Notes: generated by a model from the letters alone, not told the origin. Shown: positions 9,824 through 20,340, counted from the stretch's first letter. The stretch: 64,000 nt of DNA from Candidatus Latescibacterota bacterium (GCA_965204725.1 OZ242005.1:1888001-1952000), one strand, 5' to 3'. A program made the numbers and translations.

Positions 9824-10867
9824 TCAGTCGTCCTCAGCCAGCTCCCACACCCGCTCCTCCAGCATGCCCTCGCATTGCCGCCCATCCGCAAAAACCACCC
9901 GCACCTCCACCTGCGTCCGGTCGAAGTCGGCCGGCAGTTCCCACAAATGCGTCGCCAGACCGCGCGACGCCTCGGCCTGCGGATCAATCGGCACCAGCGG
10001 CCCCAAGTCCTTCACCTCGACCTGTGTGCGCGGCGAACCATCGAACACATTGACAAAACGGCGACCCGAAGGCCGATGCCGGCACAGTTCCATCGCCTCG
10101 TCTTGCGCTGGCTGGAAGGCGTGATACTGGCTTTTGAACCCCCCTTCCCCATCGACTTCAACCACCCGATACCCCTGCGGCTCTCGCCCTTGCGGGCCGC
10201 GACTTTCCAGCCCGGTCTTCCACCAATTGCCGGCCACCGCAGCGGTCGTCATCACCTCCATAGAGCCGACGAAGTGGCGGCCGTTTTCGTGTTCGTGGCC
10301 GTGCAAGGAGATCACCTGTTCAAAGGGCTGCAACAGCGTCAGCACGCGCCGCGCCCCGACCATCTCGTTGGTGGGAAAGGCCATGCCCGGCGTCTGGCCC
10401 GCACGCTGGGGGAAGGTCGTCGAGAAAGGCACGTGGCTGGCGACCACCAGCGGCCTAGCCGGGTCCAGCCCGGACAAATCCGCAGCCAGCCACTCCAACA
10501 GGGCCTCGTCGGCCAAGACATGCCAGTTGGCCGGGTGGTCCTCCGTCGGCTCGAAGTAGCGCACGACGTCCAGCAAGACAAAGTGTACCCCGCCCAGATC
10601 GACGCTGGCGTGCATCGTCCCCCCTTGGTCCCGAGGCCGATAGCCGCTGCACATTTCGTGGTTGCCGTGGCTCAGCAACACCGGCACTTCGACCCCCTCC
10701 ATGATCTGGGCGTACTGGGCGAGTGCCTCGGGCGTGACTCCTAAGTCGCCGCCGTTGATCAGAGCTTCGGGCTGATGCGCCAGCATGGATTCCACGCACA
10801 ACTCAAATCCCCGGCGGGCGTCTATCCCGGTGTCGAGATGAATGTCGGTGAAATAGATGAACTTCAT
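9824..10867 (-). CDS. Calcineurin-like metallophosphoesterase
   Basis: Motifs TDIH, GGD, GNHE, SHVP, GHEH. Confidence 0.9.
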   Translation of the reverse strand: MKFIYFTDIHLDTGIDARRGFELCVESMLAHQPEALINGGDLGVTPEALAQYAQIMEGVEVPVLLSHGNHEMCSGYRPRDQGGTMHASVDLGGVHFVLLDVVRYFEPTEDHPANWHVLADEALLEWLAADLSGLDPARPLVVASHVPFSTTFPQRAGQTPGMAFPTNEMVGARRVLTLLQPFEQVISLHGHEHENGRHFVGSMEVMTTAAVAGNWWKTGLESRGPQGREPQGYRVVEVDGEGGFKSQYHAFQPAQDEAMELCRHRPSGRRFVNVFDGSPRTQVEVKDLGPLVPIDPQAEASRGLATHLWELPADFDRTQVEVRVVFADGRQCEGMLEERVWELAEDD

Positions 10868-10960
10868 CGGGTTATCTCCTACTGGGAAGAACGGCAGATG
10901 CGCGACAGACATAGCCGCCGCGCATCGGTGGGTTTAGTTCCTTTGGAGACCGCTCGCAGT

Positions 10961-11599
10961 TCACGGACGCCACGTTGCTTTCAGGTGGCCCCAAGAGGTT
11001 GGGGCGACCGCAGTGGAGGCCCCAACGCGGTGGAATGGCCACGTTTCGACCTCGCCTTTCTCCGTGGTCGTAGTAATGAACAAGGTTTCGCCCTCAATCT
11101 CGTAGGAGACGAAGAGATCGTAGCGGGCGAGTTGTCTATCGAGAAAGCCCCCGACGAACCCGGCGATATACTCCTCTTCAAATGCCGGGTAGTCCTCTTC
11201 GGGGAGTTGACTCGCGTCCGCTACGGCACGGGCCAAGTCGCGGGCGATTTCGGTAAAAAATTCGACGGCCGGTTGGTCGCCGACGAACTGGCCGACTTCG
11301 TTGCCTTCGATCCACAGGCTGTCGCCTTCGGTCCGGTACGTGCCGTTGACATGGGCCGCAAGCCCCTGTATTGGGGGCACCAACTCGCTCAGTTCCGGGG
11401 GTATTTCAAAGAAGTTGTCCGGGAGGAATGCGATCATTTGGCAGGCGCCATCGGCCTGAAAGGTCAGGCGGAAAACAACCTCGCCTAAATTCTCCGCAGC
11501 GATACTCCCTTCCCAAACGCCGATGAGGGCCTCGTCTTGGGCGGCGAGCGGCAGGGCGAGCAGGCAGAGGATCGCGATAGACGACAGAAACGGGTGCAT
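10961..11599 (-). CDS. Secreted hypothetical protein with C-terminal TAVxxxSWGxLK tail
   Basis: Signal peptide after AAGGAGG RBS; ends STAVAPTSWGHLKATWRP. Confidence 0.75.
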   Translation of the reverse strand: MHPFLSSIAILCLLALPLAAQDEALIGVWEGSIAAENLGEVVFRLTFQADGACQMIAFLPDNFFEIPPELSELVPPIQGLAAHVNGTYRTEGDSLWIEGNEVGQFVGDQPAVEFFTEIARDLARAVADASQLPEEDYPAFEEEYIAGFVGGFLDRQLARYDLFVSYEIEGETLFITTTTEKGEVETWPFHRVGASTAVAPTSWGHLKATWRP

Positions 11600-11678
11600 G
11601 AGGGCCTCCTTTGGGGGCAATGGGTAGTAGATAAAGGTACAGCGGGACCGCCTTGGCAGCAACGCGAAGCAGCGGCCC

Positions 11679-12947
11679 TCACTCGTCGGCCGCTTGCCGA
11701 CTTACGACCTGCTGCTCCTCTTGGACGCGCTGGTACAAGCGCTGCCATTCTTTCGAGCCATCGTCCTCCAGCACTTCGGTACGCACCCCCTCCACATAGG
11801 TTCCCGGAACATTGGGGGATTCCGTGTAGATGCAGGTGCCGTCTGGGTAGGAAACGGCGTTGATCAGCCGCGGTTTCGGGTGCGTGTAGGGCTGCCCCTG
11901 ATGCGCGTATTCTTCGAGCTTTGCCTGCGGAACTCGGTATTGCTCAACGGCCGCCTCATCCACCTCAACGCCGAGGCCGGGGCCATCGGGGACCCGCTGG
12001 TGCCCGTTGATCACCCGAACCGGCTCGGTGAGCAGATGGTGGCTGTACATATTGATACAGCTAATCGCCGGCCACCGAGCGTGCGTTAGCACCGAGCCGA
12101 GATGGGCGTCCCACGTGGTCGTCAACCCATTGCCGACGATCTGCAACCAAAACGGCATGGAAACTTCCGCCGCGCATTGCCCTTGGTGCATGGTCTGCGA
12201 CTTTCCGCCCCCAATCACCCAGCCATCGCACACTTCCTCGCGCACCGCCGTGACCAATGGCGGCGAACCAAAGTGCATGGCCACCGGCCTGTTCACCGCT
12301 TGGCGGATCTGGCGATTGCCGAGAATGTCCTCCTGCGGGATGGGCGTTTCAAACATGGCCACGTTTTCGTAGCGCTCGAGCCGCTTCATCAGGGGAATGG
12401 CGTTGGCCGAGTTCTCCCAAGAGCCGTTGGGATCGAGATCGAGATGGAAATGGGGCGGCACCACCGCGCAGATCGCCTCAACCTGCGCGAGGATGTCGTT
12501 CCAAGGTCTCGGCTTGTTCTTGAGACTCGTGTACCCGTGCGCCACGGCCTCGGCCGCTTCGGCCGCCCAGTTTTCCGGTGAGGAGTGGCTACACCACCAA
12601 GAGATCGGCGTCCAGTCGCGCACTTTGACGCCCAGCAACCGATGCACCGGGACTTCGAGTATCTTGCCGACCACGTCGAACAGAGCCATCTGCAAACCAG
12701 CACCCAAGCCATCTTCGTGCATGAGTTCGGCCGGGCTTTGGCCAATGGTGCGCGCCACCGCGTCATCGGTCACCCGGCCGTAGGTGTAGTGAACGACGGT
12801 TTCTCCCCAGCCTATGTGGCCGGTGTCGGTGGCTACCTTACACAGCTCGAGGATGGACCAGTTGTACACTGACTGGCGAGTAATCTGCTGCTGTCGAGGC
12901 GTGAACGGGACATCGACGATAATGCGTTCGACATGCGTGACTTTCAT
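11679..12947 (-). CDS. Mandelate racemase/muconate lactonizing enzyme family protein
   Basis: GWGE, ALFDVVGK, KxK (KNK), DPN, ETP, PDGPGLGVEVD. Confidence 0.9.
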   Translation of the reverse strand: MKVTHVERIIVDVPFTPRQQQITRQSVYNWSILELCKVATDTGHIGWGETVVHYTYGRVTDDAVARTIGQSPAELMHEDGLGAGLQMALFDVVGKILEVPVHRLLGVKVRDWTPISWWCSHSSPENWAAEAAEAVAHGYTSLKNKPRPWNDILAQVEAICAVVPPHFHLDLDPNGSWENSANAIPLMKRLERYENVAMFETPIPQEDILGNRQIRQAVNRPVAMHFGSPPLVTAVREEVCDGWVIGGGKSQTMHQGQCAAEVSMPFWLQIVGNGLTTTWDAHLGSVLTHARWPAISCINMYSHHLLTEPVRVINGHQRVPDGPGLGVEVDEAAVEQYRVPQAKLEEYAHQGQPYTHPKPRLINAVSYPDGTCIYTESPNVPGTYVEGVRTEVLEDDGSKEWQRLYQRVQEEQQVVSRQAADE

Positions 12948-13089
12948 GGGGTCTCCTTTCAGCCGAGGCGAGGGGGGCAGGGGTTGAAAGGCCAGTGAGT
13001 ATCTATCATCTTTAGCGGACGCAGAAGCGGCCCCGGCTGTTCACGAGTAAGATAACAGAACTAGCGTACCCTGCCACCACAACCGCGAG

Positions 13090-14658
13090 ATGGCCTCAAT
13101 GACGGACCGCAGCAACGACGGCAAGGCCCCCAGACGCCGCCCGCCCCGAATTCGCCTAAACGCGGGCGCTTGGAGTCCGCTCGTTGACATGATGGACATT
13201 TTTCCGGGACACCGCGGCGCCAGTCGGCACGGCGAACTCGCGCTGTATGACGCCCCGATTGGCATCCGCTTTGAGATTGAGGAGGCCGTTAAGTCCGACC
13301 CGATTTTACAGGCGGCCATGGAGTGGGAAGGCCGCCACATCTCGCCGCTCTACGTCTGGCAGCGGGCCGGGCGCTATCACTTGCTCTACGACAGCGAGGG
13401 CGGCCAGTGTTACGCGGTCAGCGACGATGCGTATCGCTGGACGCGACCCGTCCTCGGCTCGTCTAACAACAACCTAATCCCCAACTCGTGCAAAGGGGCC
13501 ACCGGAATTTTCCAAGACCCTACGGCCCCGCCCCAAGCGCGCTTCAAGGCGATGGGCGGCCGCATGTACTGGTGGGATCCGGCCAGCGGCCAAGAGCTGA
13601 CCGGCGATGAGCCGGCCCGGCGCATCCAAGCCGAACAAGAGCAAGCAAACTACACCGGCCCCCGCGCCGAAATCACCGGCCAGATGTTGGCTTGGACGTC
13701 CCCCGATGGCCTCGATTGGACTCCGGTCGCAGAGCCGCTGGCGCACCGGCCGGTCAACGGCGGCATATCGGCCCGTTACGACGAACACCGCGGCAACTAC
13801 TTCGCTTACATCCAGTTGATGGGCTACCCGGCCGAACTGCTCGCAGGCATCGGGGTCAACCGGCTCGAACAGGGCATCCAAGTCCGCGCGATCGGCTTTG
13901 CTCGCACCGACGACTTTGCCCACTGGCCCGCCCCCAAGCTGGTCCACTATCCCGACACCGAGGACCCGCCCGACATCAGCTTTTACGGCGCCAACTACTT
14001 CCCCTACCCGGGCCGCGACGACCTGCACGGCATGCTCATCCCGGTGTACCACCAAATCGCCAGCACCATCGACGGGCAAATCGCCTTCAGCCGCGATGGC
14101 CTCTACTGGTCCCGCCCCGAGCGCCGGCCCATCCTGCCTCTCGGCACCGAGGGAGAAGGCGACGAGTGCATGGCCCACTTCTGGCGCAGTGGCCTCGTCG
14201 AGCTGCCCGATGGCTACTGGGCTTGTCCATACGCGGCCTTCTCGGTCATTCACGATTGCCCGGCCGACGAAGTAGATGCGCTCTTTCCGGCGCGGCAGCC
14301 GCAGCAAATTCGCTGGGCGCGCTGGCGTCCGCACCGGTTCTGCGGAGTGCGCGCCCGCACCGAGGGCCGCTTCTCCCTGCCCTCCCTCTTCCGCGTCCAC
14401 GACGAGCTGCGCCTCAACTACCGCTGCGACCCGGGCGGCTGGATTCAGATTGAGCTGCTGGAGAAACTGCCATCATTGATGCGCCCCGATGCCGACCCGA
14501 TGCCCGGGTTCTCCTTTGACGAGTGCGACCGCCTAACCGGGGATTGCGAAGACCGGGTGGTTACTTGGCAGGGCCGCTCCAACATCGCCGCGGCCGGCGA
14601 GGCAGTCGGGATCCGAGTGCGCCTACTCGGCGCCAAGCTATTTGCCTATCGCGTCTAA
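13090..14658 (+). CDS. Hypothetical protein, GH32/GH43-like beta-propeller plus C-terminal beta domain (start may be near 13190)
   Basis: Repeated SxDGxxW motifs (SPDGLDW, SRDGLYW); C-terminal LRLNY...GWIQIELL...GFSFDEC...VTW...KLFA pattern. Confidence 0.65.
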   Translation: MASMTDRSNDGKAPRRRPPRIRLNAGAWSPLVDMMDIFPGHRGASRHGELALYDAPIGIRFEIEEAVKSDPILQAAMEWEGRHISPLYVWQRAGRYHLLYDSEGGQCYAVSDDAYRWTRPVLGSSNNNLIPNSCKGATGIFQDPTAPPQARFKAMGGRMYWWDPASGQELTGDEPARRIQAEQEQANYTGPRAEITGQMLAWTSPDGLDWTPVAEPLAHRPVNGGISARYDEHRGNYFAYIQLMGYPAELLAGIGVNRLEQGIQVRAIGFARTDDFAHWPAPKLVHYPDTEDPPDISFYGANYFPYPGRDDLHGMLIPVYHQIASTIDGQIAFSRDGLYWSRPERRPILPLGTEGEGDECMAHFWRSGLVELPDGYWACPYAAFSVIHDCPADEVDALFPARQPQQIRWARWRPHRFCGVRARTEGRFSLPSLFRVHDELRLNYRCDPGGWIQIELLEKLPSLMRPDADPMPGFSFDECDRLTGDCEDRVVTWQGRSNIAAAGEAVGIRVRLLGAKLFAYRV

Positions 14659-15365
14659 TGACTCAGAGGAGGCAACCTGTGGTAGAAGTACAAAACCTGT
14701 GGAAGCGATACCCCGGGGCAACGGCCTTGAGGGGCATCTCCCTAACCGTCGAAAAGGGCCGGGTGATGGGCGTTCTCGGGGAAAACGGGAGCGGCAAGAG
14801 CACGCTCTTCAAAATCCTCGCCGGCGTCACCCGCGCCAGCGAAGGCAGTGCGCGGATTGCCGGCCAGCCGGTCGGCGTCCAAACGCGCCGCATCACTTCG
14901 TACCTGCCCGAGGTCAGTCCGTTCTACGACTCAATGTACGTGGCCGAGCAACTCGAATTCCTAGCCGCGTTCTATCCGGGCTGGGACATGGGCAAAGCCC
15001 ACGAGTTGCTCGGGCTGATGAACGTCGATAGCCACCGGAAAATCGGCGCGCTATCCGATGGTCAGCGGGCGCGGCTGAAGGTAGTGACCGCGTTTTCGCG
15101 GCCAAGTGCGTTGGTGCTAATGGACGAGCCGCTCGGGCGCATTGACCCGCCATCGCGGCGGCGCATTCTAGAGACCTTGCTGAGTGAGTTTCGGGTTGGC
15201 GGGCAGACGATTCTGCTCTCGACGCACCTCGTCAGCGAGGTGGAAGCGCTGATCGAAGAGGTGGTGTTCCTGCGCCACGGCGAGATCGCGATTAGCGGCA
15301 ACGTCGAAGCGTTGCGGCAAGATCGCGGGTCGCTCAGCGACATTTTCGAGGAGGTGGTAGCGTGA
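14658..15365 (+). CDS. ABC transporter ATP-binding protein
   Basis: Walker A GENGSGKS, signature LSDGQ, Walker B LMDEP, H-loop STH; TAATG coupling. Confidence 0.93.
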   Translation: MTQRRQPVVEVQNLWKRYPGATALRGISLTVEKGRVMGVLGENGSGKSTLFKILAGVTRASEGSARIAGQPVGVQTRRITSYLPEVSPFYDSMYVAEQLEFLAAFYPGWDMGKAHELLGLMNVDSHRKIGALSDGQRARLKVVTAFSRPSALVLMDEPLGRIDPPSRRRILETLLSEFRVGGQTILLSTHLVSEVEALIEEVVFLRHGEIAISGNVEALRQDRGSLSDIFEEVVA

Positions 15366-16141
15366 GCACTTGGCAGACCCTGTACATAAAAGAAATAAAA
15401 GAACACCGCACCTTGTTCATCTTGCTGCCGCTGGTGACGGCCTTTCTGGAGCTCGTCGCGGTGCTGTCTTTCGACGACGAGCAGGGCCTGTCTCCCCACT
15501 TCCTGTGGAGCTTTGTGCCCTTCGCCTTTTTGCTGATTTTGCCCTTCCTGCTGGTCCACTCATTCGCCCAAGAGGTAAAGGGCCAGACCCATTATCTGCT
15601 CTTGTCGCTGCCGGTATCGCGGGCGCGAATTTTCGCGGCCAAAGCCGCGGCCGTGGCGACGCTCGGCCTCGTCTTGGGCGCGCTGAGCACGGCCGGTCTC
15701 ATCGCGGTTCTCGGCCAACTACACGCGCTCGCGGCCCGCATAATGACGCTGCGGATTGCCCCGTTCACCGCAACGGACATACTCGTTGTCAGCACGGCCC
15801 TCTACCTGTCGGCGCTGGCGGTGATGCTGGGCATGGCCGGCGGGGTCGCTGGCCTGAAGCTCGTGGTGCGCCGCTTTGCTGGCCTCGCGGCTACCGCCTT
15901 CGTCTTGGGCGTGTTGTACTGCTACTTCAGCGCCCTGCCCGAGGTGCTCGGCACATCCGAGGTGGTCTGGTTCGACTACAGTCCCAACGGGCCGGACGGG
16001 CCCAACGAGCCTAACGAGCCGCTGGGCATATCGCCGGATTTCATCAAGGTCAATTTAGTGTTCCTCGCGTACTCAATCTGCGTCGGGCTAGCGGCCATGG
16101 GGATCGGAATGTGGCTGTTTGAAAAGCGGGCCGAAGCCTAA
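15362..16141 (+). CDS. ABC-2 type exporter permease
   Basis: Six hydrophobic segments; LLSLPVSRARIFAAK motif; GTGA overlap with the ATPase. Confidence 0.85.
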   Translation: MSTWQTLYIKEIKEHRTLFILLPLVTAFLELVAVLSFDDEQGLSPHFLWSFVPFAFLLILPFLLVHSFAQEVKGQTHYLLLSLPVSRARIFAAKAAAVATLGLVLGALSTAGLIAVLGQLHALAARIMTLRIAPFTATDILVVSTALYLSALAVMLGMAGGVAGLKLVVRRFAGLAATAFVLGVLYCYFSALPEVLGTSEVVWFDYSPNGPDGPNEPNEPLGISPDFIKVNLVFLAYSICVGLAAMGIGMWLFEKRAEA

Positions 16142-17295
16142 GGGGCGAGCAGCGGCTGGCCCGGCACCAGCCCTTGCAAAAATTCGTCGCAGGGCAGGCA
16201 GCGTATTTCCTTTATCTCGACCCGCTCGTCTCCTCGGTATAGCAAACACACCTCGGCTTCGGGATAATCTTGCTTAAAGGCGCACAGGCTGTTGAGGTCA
16301 CTCGGGCGGATGGTGCGGGTATTTTTGACTTCCAAGGCCCAAAAGCCTTCCGGGCCATAGAGGACAAAATCGACTTCGCTGCCCGACTTGGTGCGCCAAA
16401 AATACAGCGCGTAGTGCTCGCCGCCGTAGGCATTCCAAGCCCGCAGATGCTGCGCCACCAAGCCCTCTAGGGCGGGGCCGTGTATTTCTTCGGGGCGATC
16501 GAGCGGTCCGGCCGGGCGCAGCGAGCGGAAGACGCCCGCGTCGAAGAAGTAAAATTTAGGGTGGGCGGTTAGCTTCCTTTTGGCTCGCTTTGCAAATACC
16601 GGCACCCGAAAGCACAACAACAAATCCTCTAAAATGTCGATGTACGCCTCAACGGTTTTCCGCTCAATCTGGCACTCCCTAGCGACCGCGGAAACACTCA
16701 GGACCATTCCATGAGAAAAGCTAATGGCTTCCAAAAAGCGCGAGAAGTTGCCGACGTTGCGGACTAGGCCCTCCATCTGAACTTCTTCTCTCAAGTACAG
16801 AGCGGCATACGCTCCGAGCACCTCGGAGGGCGAGGCCGCGTCCACGACCAAGGGGACGAGACCAAAGCGCAGGGCGCGCGCTAGGTCAAAAGCAGCCCCC
16901 AGTTCGGCCGCCATAAAGGGGTGCATGGTCTTGAGCACGGCTCGGCCAGCGAGCAGGTCAATCCCGGTGCGCTTGAGCTTTCGCGCACTGGAGCCGGTCA
17001 GCACGAACCGAAGCGGTCGGGGCTGCTCGACGAGTTGATGCACCACGTCCAACAGCTCGGGGACCTTTTGCACCTCGTCGATGATAACGGTGTCTTGGGC
17101 GGGATGGCCGGCGACGAGCTCGCGCAGGCGCTCGGGCCGGGACGCATAGAGGCGATACGTCTCTGGAGCGAGCAGATCCACGAGCAAGGCGTCGGGCAAA
17201 TGGGCATGAAGCCACGTTGACTTGCCGGTGCCGCGGGGGCCGAAGAGGAAAAAGCTGGTCTCTGTGGCTTGGAAAAATCGCCTCTTTGTTTCCAT
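16138..17295 (-). CDS. AAA_14 ATPase with DUF4143 (PD-(D/E)xK-like) C-terminus
   Basis: GPRGTGKS, IIDEVQK, LTGSS, KFYFFDAG, EVDFV...ALEVK. Confidence 0.9.
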   Translation of the reverse strand: METKRRFFQATETSFFLFGPRGTGKSTWLHAHLPDALLVDLLAPETYRLYASRPERLRELVAGHPAQDTVIIDEVQKVPELLDVVHQLVEQPRPLRFVLTGSSARKLKRTGIDLLAGRAVLKTMHPFMAAELGAAFDLARALRFGLVPLVVDAASPSEVLGAYAALYLREEVQMEGLVRNVGNFSRFLEAISFSHGMVLSVSAVARECQIERKTVEAYIDILEDLLLCFRVPVFAKRAKRKLTAHPKFYFFDAGVFRSLRPAGPLDRPEEIHGPALEGLVAQHLRAWNAYGGEHYALYFWRTKSGSEVDFVLYGPEGFWALEVKNTRTIRPSDLNSLCAFKQDYPEAEVCLLYRGDERVEIKEIRCLPCDEFLQGLVPGQPLLAP

Positions 17296-17360
17296 TTCTT
17301 CTGCTTTTTTGGAAGTATGGCCTCCAAAATATAAGGTCAGAACGCGGTACGCGCCCGGCC

Positions 17361-17555
17361 TTACCCTGCCTCCACATCGGAGCGGTAGGGTACGCGCCCG
17401 TGCAGCAGCGCGTCGCAGGCCGCCCTCATCGCCGGATTGCCGCCGGTCAAGTACCCCATGGCCCGGGCTTGCGCCGCGGTCAAGCCGCCGGCAAACAAAT
17501 CCTCCGGCCCTAGCGGGCGGACCGCTAGGGCTTTGTTGTACTGGGGTTGCTGCAT
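17361..17555 (-). CDS. Small hypothetical protein or gene remnant
   Basis: AGGAG RBS before ATG; 64 aa; no recognisable family. Confidence 0.4.
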   Translation of the reverse strand: MQQPQYNKALAVRPLGPEDLFAGGLTAAQARAMGYLTGGNPAMRAACDALLHGRVPYRSDVEAG

Positions 17556-17643
17556 GGTCGTTCTCCTGTTTAGGGCCTTGTCTCGTCCTCCCGATTATCG
17601 CTATTATACCCAACAATGACCAGCACTCAACTTGGAATTTGCT

Positions 17644-18426
17644 ATGAAAACCTTGCTAGCGGGCGTCCTCGCCCTCCTGCCGCTCCAGACCGCTTTGGCG
17701 CACGACGGGCCGGTGCTTGACGAAGCCAAAATCGTCGATCTGACTCATCCCTTTGACGAACACGCGATTGCGTGGCCGACCGCGCGGCCCTACAAGCTCG
17801 AAGTGGTTGCGGCCGAGCACACCCCCAACGGATGGTATGCGGCCAACAATATATGCCTTGCCGAGCACAGCGGTACGCATCTAGACGCGCCGCTCCACTT
17901 TGCCCACGACGCCCACGACGCCAGCGAAGTGCCCCTCAGCCGCCTCATCGGCCCGGCCGTGGTGGTCGATGTGCGCGAGCAGGCGAGCCGGAACGCTGAC
18001 TACCGCCTGACCAAGGCCGACCTGTTGGCTTGGGAAGCGGCACACGGTCGGATTCCAGACGGCGCAATCGTGCTGATGCTGAGTGGTTGGGGCCAATTCT
18101 GGCTGGACCGGAAACGCTATCTGGGCTCGGACGCGACCGGGGACGCGACCGATCTCCACTTTCCGGGGTTTTCCGCCGAGGCCGCCGAGTTTCTCGGGTC
18201 CGAGCGGGTCATCGACGCAATCGGCGTGGACACCCCGAGCCTCGACCACGGCCCGTCCAAAGACTTCATCGTCCACCGGATCGTCAGCCGCCTCAACATG
18301 CCCGGGCTGGAAAACATCGCCCAGCTAGAGCAACTGCCGCCGGTCGGGGCGCACCTAATCGCCCTGCCCATGAAAATTGCCGGCGGCTCGGGTGGGCCGA
18401 CGCGCATCATTGCGATCCTGCCCTGA
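17644..18426 (+). CDS. Secreted cyclase family protein (kynurenine formamidase-like)
   Basis: HSGTHLDAPLHF, GVDTPS, GLEN, GGSGGPTR; signal peptide. Confidence 0.9.
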   Translation: MKTLLAGVLALLPLQTALAHDGPVLDEAKIVDLTHPFDEHAIAWPTARPYKLEVVAAEHTPNGWYAANNICLAEHSGTHLDAPLHFAHDAHDASEVPLSRLIGPAVVVDVREQASRNADYRLTKADLLAWEAAHGRIPDGAIVLMLSGWGQFWLDRKRYLGSDATGDATDLHFPGFSAEAAEFLGSERVIDAIGVDTPSLDHGPSKDFIVHRIVSRLNMPGLENIAQLEQLPPVGAHLIALPMKIAGGSGGPTRIIAILP

Positions 18427-18454
18427 CGTATTGCCCGCGCACGGAGGCCAGCCG

Positions 18455-19333
18455 ATGAGCAAAACCCCCTTAAAAATCACGCCCGAACAACAGCGGCAGT
18501 TCGACGAAGACGGCTTCTTCCTCGTCGCAGACGCCCTGCCGCCCGACCGCATCGCCGCCCTCTTGCAGCGGCTCGACGCCTTGTACGACCGCTACCGCCG
18601 GGAACGCAATCTCGGGCCGCGCCAAGCCTTTCAAATGCGGAACATCGCGGCCGATCCCCTGTTTAAGGAATTGATCGACTATCCGCCCATTTTGCCGCTC
18701 ATCGTGGACCTCATGGGCTACAATATCCAGCTTCGCACCTCGCACCTCGACGTGCGCCCGCCGCAGGATCCAGCCGACGGGACGCACGAGTTAGGTGCCC
18801 CGGATAGCTTCTTCCCGTGGCATGCCGACGGCCCGGACTATGGCTGGCCGGCCGTCAATGGGGTGCTGCCGTTTATGGAGATGAAGGTCGGCTACTACTT
18901 GACCGACCTGACCCAACCTGTGAGCGGCGCCATTTGCGTCGTGCGCGGCAGCCATCGCCAATCGCCTTGGATCGAAGCGCATGGCACGCGCCGCATCGAC
19001 CCGGAGCGCATTGTCGAAGTCAACGTCGCCCCCGGCACCGCGCTCCTCTGGCGCACGGCCTTGTACCACTGCTTGACCCCCAATCTGTCCGACCAACCGC
19101 GCAAATGCCTGTACTACGGCTATCAGCACCGCTGGATCCGCCCCTCGGATTACGACCACCAAGCCCCGGAAGTCTTGGCCGGGTGCGGCCCAGTGCGCCG
19201 TCAGCTTTTGGGCGAGTTGGGCACCGGCAGCACGGCCTATGCGGGCGACGACCCGTTGGTACATCCCGTGTCGCGTTATTGGCGGCCCAAAGACGAGGAT
19301 ATTCCGCTCAAGGCTTGGGCGGAGAATTATTAG
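18455..19333 (+). CDS. Phytanoyl-CoA dioxygenase (PhyH) family protein
   Basis: FDEDGF, WHAD (HxD), VVRGSH, distal His, N...R. Confidence 0.88.
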   Translation: MSKTPLKITPEQQRQFDEDGFFLVADALPPDRIAALLQRLDALYDRYRRERNLGPRQAFQMRNIAADPLFKELIDYPPILPLIVDLMGYNIQLRTSHLDVRPPQDPADGTHELGAPDSFFPWHADGPDYGWPAVNGVLPFMEMKVGYYLTDLTQPVSGAICVVRGSHRQSPWIEAHGTRRIDPERIVEVNVAPGTALLWRTALYHCLTPNLSDQPRKCLYYGYQHRWIRPSDYDHQAPEVLAGCGPVRRQLLGELGTGSTAYAGDDPLVHPVSRYWRPKDEDIPLKAWAENY

Positions 19334-19360
19334 CTCAGTACGCGCCCCTGCATTGCACCC

Positions 19361-19408
19361 GGGATCGAGGGCGTCCCGCCCTCGACGAGGGCAAGATGCC
19401 CTCGATCC
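19361..19408. repeat. REP doublet family A (GGATCGAGGGC...GCCCTCG)
   Basis: GGGATCGAGGGCGTCCCGCCCTCG + inverted CGAGGGCAAGATGCCCTCGATCC; same family flanks the RAYT. Confidence 0.9.
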
Positions 19409-19483
19409 TTGGCAAGGCGCGTCGTAAGCCACTCACCCCCGAGAGGAGACCGTCCCGTGATCCAACAGAGCCAGACCCGTCGC

Positions 19484-20257
19484 ATGCTCACCCCGGCCCA
19501 AGTGGAGCGCTTCCGGCTCGACGGCTATCTGACCATCGAGCATGTACTGACCGCGGAAGAAGTGGCCGTTTTGGCCGCCCATACCGACCGCATCGCCGGC
19601 GGCGGGCTAGACCACATCCCCGACACCAGCATCCAGCTCGAACCCGTCTTCCGCCGCGGCGAAAAACCCGTCACCGACCCCGTGCTGGCCGTGCGCAAAT
19701 TGTACAACTTAGCAGTGTACGACGAGGTGATGTGGTCCTTTGTCACCCATCGCAAAGTTGCCGGAATTGCCGCCGATTTGCTCGGCACCGCCGACCTCAA
19801 GCTGTACGGCGACCAGCTCTTTATGAAAGCGCCGCGCACGGGTTCGGCGCAGGGCTGGCACCAAGATTCGGCCTCTTGGCGCGACATTTTCCCCATGGAC
19901 TTGGTCACCGCTTGGATCGCCATTGACGCGGCCACTCTCGACAACGGCTGCCTCAACTTTGCCTTGGGCACCCACCGCTGGGGCATGTTGCGGGGCGAGC
20001 GCTTGGCTCCTTTTGTCGCCGATCTGGCAAGCGGCGAGTGGCCCATCCGGCCCGCTGTCCTCCTCCCCGGCAGCATCAGTTTCCACCACAGCCTAACGCT
20101 GCACCAAAGCAACGCCAATCGCACCGATACGCGCCGCCGGGGCTATGCCATACATTATATGCGCGCGGCTTCTTGGCGCGACGAATCGGTTACGGACGCA
20201 CCCAAGATGCCGCCCTTTAAGCAGGTCTGCGGCCGGTCGTTTCCCGGCCGGGTTTGA
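19484..20257 (+). CDS. Phytanoyl-CoA dioxygenase (PhyH) family protein (start may be GTG 19457)
   Basis: FRLDGY, WHQD, NGCL...GTH, LHQS..N...RR. Confidence 0.88.
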   Translation: MLTPAQVERFRLDGYLTIEHVLTAEEVAVLAAHTDRIAGGGLDHIPDTSIQLEPVFRRGEKPVTDPVLAVRKLYNLAVYDEVMWSFVTHRKVAGIAADLLGTADLKLYGDQLFMKAPRTGSAQGWHQDSASWRDIFPMDLVTAWIAIDAATLDNGCLNFALGTHRWGMLRGERLAPFVADLASGEWPIRPAVLLPGSISFHHSLTLHQSNANRTDTRRRGYAIHYMRAASWRDESVTDAPKMPPFKQVCGRSFPGRV

Positions 20258-20312
20258 GATGGGCGGAGTGCTGTGTCTTAAATCCAAGTACGCGACACCT
20301 ACTCTGGCGTCC

Positions 20313-20340
20313 GGGATCGAGGGCAAGATGCCCTCGATCC
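20313..20340. repeat. REP family A single palindrome
   Basis: GGATCGAGGGCA-AGA-TGCCCTCGATCC. Confidence 0.85.

Noticed and set aside
17296-17616. N-terminal extension of the AAA/DUF4143 ORF
   Set aside because: Family similarity begins at METKRRFF; the extension is low-complexity and overlaps another small ORF
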